From Monocercomonoides exilis PA203 (taxonomy: Eukaryota; Protista; Preaxostyla), in the NCBI GenBank assembly GCA_001643675.2, contig LSRY02000031.1, positions 744,001-808,000 on the forward strand: a stretch of DNA of 64,000 bases. The letters run 5' to 3'. The notes beneath the pieces are model-generated. The model was given only the letters and a program-made list of their open reading frames with translations. It did not search any database and was not told the DNA's origin. A program made the position numbers and the translations under genes. Below, piece by piece: positions 60,201 to 64,000 of the stretch (the first letter of the stretch is position 1; the number at the start of each line of letters is the position of its first letter).

Positions 60201-63200
60201 CATTTGCGAATGTGAAGCACAACGTGACAAGCAACCCTTCGTTGCTTTGTTGTGACATTTCAAATGAAGTGAGATTGAAAATATGGAATTCGACAATTGA
60301 CAATTGTGGATCGACAAGTTCTCATGAAGGAGGAGGGATGTTTTTCCTTCTCGAAGAGAGGGGGAGACTGGAAGTGAATCACACAAATGTGACAGGGTGT
60401 TTCTGCTCGAATATTGGGAGAGGCGGAGGGATGTTTTTGAAATCACAAAGTGTCTCACAGAAGGCATTGCCATTTGTGCTGTCGAACATCACATTCCTTC
60501 GGAATGTTGCATCGAAGGGGAGGGATGTGTTTGTGAAGTGCACAGACCTTGATTCTCAGATAAGTGAGTCACAGTTCCTGATAAACTTCGGGGAGCCATT
60601 TGTGAGGGAGCTGGCGATATGGGGATGCACAGCAGACAATTATGGGGATGAAGAGGATCTGCTGAGGAGAATGTTCGGGTTCAGGAGTGAATTCATATTT
60701 GTTTCATCGATTGTGGGGAACAGCAGCGACAGCAAGCAGTGTGGGGAGATGAAGAGCACATGCACATCGCTGAATGTTGGGGTGAGCCACATCATCCCAT
60801 CGGATTATTCGCAGCTGTTTGTTTGGAATGAGACAGAATTGACTGGTTCATGCTCAGCTGAGAAGGTGACGATCAAGTCGATGGAGGCGAGCAGGAATGG
60901 AGAGATAAAAGTGAAAGAGATTGAACTTGGAAGTGAGGGTGTTGTGAGAACATCAGAGTCTGTTCGATTTGAGAATGTGTCATTTGTTTTTGGTGGAATG
61001 GGGAATATTGTCTGCTCGTGCTTGATGCACCAGCTGAATGGATCTCTCATTCTGGAATCTGTTTCATTCTTGTCAGAGAGCAGAACAACAGAAAATACAC
61101 AGATTATTTTTGACTTTTCTCTGATTGTTGTTGAAGAAGGGTTGTTTGAGGCAGAAAAGTGCATCGTTGGCCACTTGAGCTTCTCGAATCCTGTATTTGA
61201 GATATTGAGTTCTGAAAGGGCAACATTTGAGGATGTGGGAGTGGATGATGTGGAATGCAGGAGTTCGTTGATTGAATGTGGGAAAAGTGAGAAAGTGAGC
61301 ATTTCGAAGCTTGCAGCCACAAACATTGAGTTGGAAGAGAGAAGCCTTATATCACTTGAAAACAGCCACTCATCACTCGTTTTGTCATTGATATTATCAT
61401 CATTCACAAACATCAGCCGATCGAGTGATGGGTCTTGCATTGTTTGCACAAGTCAGCCGATGATTGGATTTGAGATGTGCAACTGCTCTTTTCACGAGTG
61501 CACATCAGAGTCACCAAAGGGGAGCCAGGTAACGATAACAAATGCAAACAAAATGTTAATCGATTTGTGCGTGTTTGAGGGGAATCTGGAAACAGGAACA
61601 GAAGTGAATGGAGTTGCTGATGAAGTGTGCAAATGGAATGGGTCAGTTGTTGACTTGTCGATGAGTGAAGCAGTTGTGAGAGACACCACGATTTGCAACT
61701 CATCGAAGGGAGGGATGAGTGTGAGTGGAGGATCTGTGACGATTGAGAAAGGGAGTTTGTGAATAACAATCCTTCGATTGTGAATTACCAATCAGTCAGA
61801 AGAAACATTATTTGCTTAAATTCTGCCTCACTGACAATCTCCAGTTTGAAAGGAGGTGATGGAGTGAAAGACAATTCATCACTTTGGATTCTGAATGAAG
61901 GATGCAATTTTGAAGGGATTATTTCTGAAAGAGCATCCCCATTCTTCATTCCAGTCCTGGAAAATGTTGAAGCAAAGGAAGTGGGAGAAGAAGTGGAGAT
62001 TGTGTTCAAAGGGAAGGAGCTGCTGCCATGCAACTTGTCATTCATGGTTGTGAGGCAGATGGGAAAAGAAAAGCAGATTGAGAAGCATGGATTTGATGAA
62101 AGTGGATATGTGTCAGAGATAGAAGTTGAAGGGAGACTGTCGAAAGAGATGATTACGGAAGCAGGAGAAGGGGTGGAGGTGAGCGTGTGCATTCTGTTTG
62201 GAGATGGAAATAATCCATCATCAACAGATTCTTTCATTGTGAAGAACAAGAGCGAATCAAAAACAAATGGAGAAGGAAAGCTTGTTGAAGGAAGGAAAGA
62301 AGGGAAATCATATTGGTTGTTGATTGTGATTGTTCTTGTTGTTATATTATTGATTGTTCTGATTGTATCTGTTGTTTTGGCTATTCGATGGAGGAGGGCG
62401 AAGAATGAAGCGAAAGATCTGAGAGAGATTGTGAATGACACAGTGAAAAAGGATCCAAAGGCATTTGAGATGGTGACGATGGAAATGTCACCTGAGGATC
62501 AGTGGAGGAGAGCAAAGAGGGAGGCAGAGAAGAAGAATGAGGAGAGGATGAAGAAGAGAGTGTATGAGAAAACATTGGGACACTCCGAGTCATCAGAGCA
62601 TTTATTGAGTGAGAGTGGATCGACAGAATACATCCTTGGAAGGGACTCAGACAAGATCCCAGAATGGATGTTGGAGAAGGTTGATGAAACAGAAGAAGAG
62701 ACAAGAAAAAGAACACAATCTCCATCAATATCTTCGACATGTTCAACTGATTCAGATTCAACATTTGTCCGAGGTGAGGATCTGTGTCCAACTACCTCAT
62801 CGATGTCGAATCTTGTTGATGCAATGGCCTGCTCATCACCTCATGAGAAGCTGATCGTGGATCTGAGGGATTCACTATTCATGCTGCTTCATGGGAGGAA
62901 TAAGACAAAAGAGATGGCGATTGGGAGCTTGAAAGAAAGAGAACAAACAGCCGCTCAAGTGTTGTTCTGGGTTGCTAACCTCGCACTCCACTCTTTTGAG
63001 GAGATGGAAAACCCACTTCAGTCGTTGGCCAATCTGAGCCCACACATTGTTCTGTTCTCAGAACACATGGTGATTTGTATTGTGATGCACTCTGACTTAT
63101 TGTCAGATGATGATTCAGATTCATCCTCCATCTCATCATCAACAGTTGTGACATCTGCCAGTGATGATGGTGATGACGATGAAAGTGACTCTCTTCCCTC

Positions 63201-64000
63201 ATCAGCATTTGAAGAGGATGAAAATGCTTTCAAAAAAGAGTGTTTGCGATGGAAGGCGCCAGAGCTGCAGATGAGCAAGAAGATGGGGGCGACAAAGGAG
63301 TCGGTGGTATTCTCGATTGGGATGATGGTGTGGGAGTGTGTGACGCTGGAGATCCCGTTTGGGGAGTATGAGGGAGTGGTGACAGGGCAGAAGATAGTGA
63401 ATGGGGAGCGGCCGAAGGTGGAGAAGATGGGAGGGAGCAGTCTTCGGGAGTTGGAGGAGAAGTGTGTGGCGCAGGGGTGGGATGAGCGGGTGACATTGGG
63501 GGATGTGAAGCGGGAGCTGTTCATGAAGATGCCGATGGGGTCGATGTTTGTGACGGCATCAGACGCGTTGGATATTGGAGATGGATCGAGATGTGAAGAG
63601 GCAGACAGCGAAGACACAGATGGGAGCTTCAGTCGGATGGAATGAAACGATGATTTTTTTTTCATTTGAGAAATGCATTTGGGAAGCATGAAGAATTGAA
63701 AAGTGGAGCTGGGAGAATGTTGGATGAGAAGAATCGAATGTTTGTTTGAAAGCAATTCCTTCCTTTGTTTGTGTCTCGTTGGGAAGAAAAGTGCATTGCC
63801 ATATCACATTCATGCTTTCGGGAGTGGATTGTCATTCGCTGCATTCTTCGTCCCGAGCCATGGTGAGGCTTTCACTTTCTTCCTTTGGACAACTGGAGTT
63901 TTCCCAATAGGCACACACCTGGTGATTTCTGTTTCAAATTCAGTATTATTGGGATGTTCTTTTTTTCGTTCACATTTGTAATTTTCAACAGTTTATTTTT
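54215..64000. repeat. Right arm of the inverted segmental duplication
   Basis: Reverse-complement homologue of 36665-46500. Confidence 0.95.
55877..63645 (+). CDS. Paralogous beta-helix receptor pseudokinase, split by a 1-nt frameshift at 61751-61753 (pseudogene, secreted variant or sequencing error)
   Basis: ORFs 55877-61762 and 61759-63645 are collinear with the 2589-aa paralogue. Adding one G gives IEKGEFVNNNPS and a 7770-nt CDS, the same length as the paralogue. Confidence 0.85.

Overview
Eukaryotic, AT-rich, intron-containing DNA in the standard genetic code. The gene families are consistent with an oxymonad such as Monocercomonoides, recognised from memory rather than by search: ARM-like 'EQKQKIxEMN...KEVEMALLALS' proteins, Cys/Gly-rich beta-helix surface proteins and receptor pseudokinases. 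Intact genes reconstructed by hand: an ARM-like family gene (5952-7316, -), an RRM plus low-complexity protein (12736-17593, -), an NWE-motif flagellar microtubule inner protein (21444-22222, -), proteasome alpha-6/PSMA1 (22465-23839, -, 8 exons) and a 4xSH3/SAH/IQ-like protein (24011-29888, +). The right half is a ~10-kb inverted duplication carrying two divergently oriented ~2589-aa beta-helix receptor pseudokinases (37021-44790 -, and 55877-63645 + with a 1-nt frameshift). The two copies are a mosaic of identical tracts and a hypervariable N-terminal module. Mobile DNA includes a complete Merlin/IS1595-type element with TIRs and an 8-bp TSD (8029-9320), a second Merlin transposase relic, two MITEs with Merlin-like ends and three copies of a 267-bp MITE with 4-bp AWWT TSDs. 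A 2.1-kb palindrome with 933-bp arms is nested in one arm of an outer inverted repeat that encloses a surface-protein gene fragment. All alignments were done by eye.
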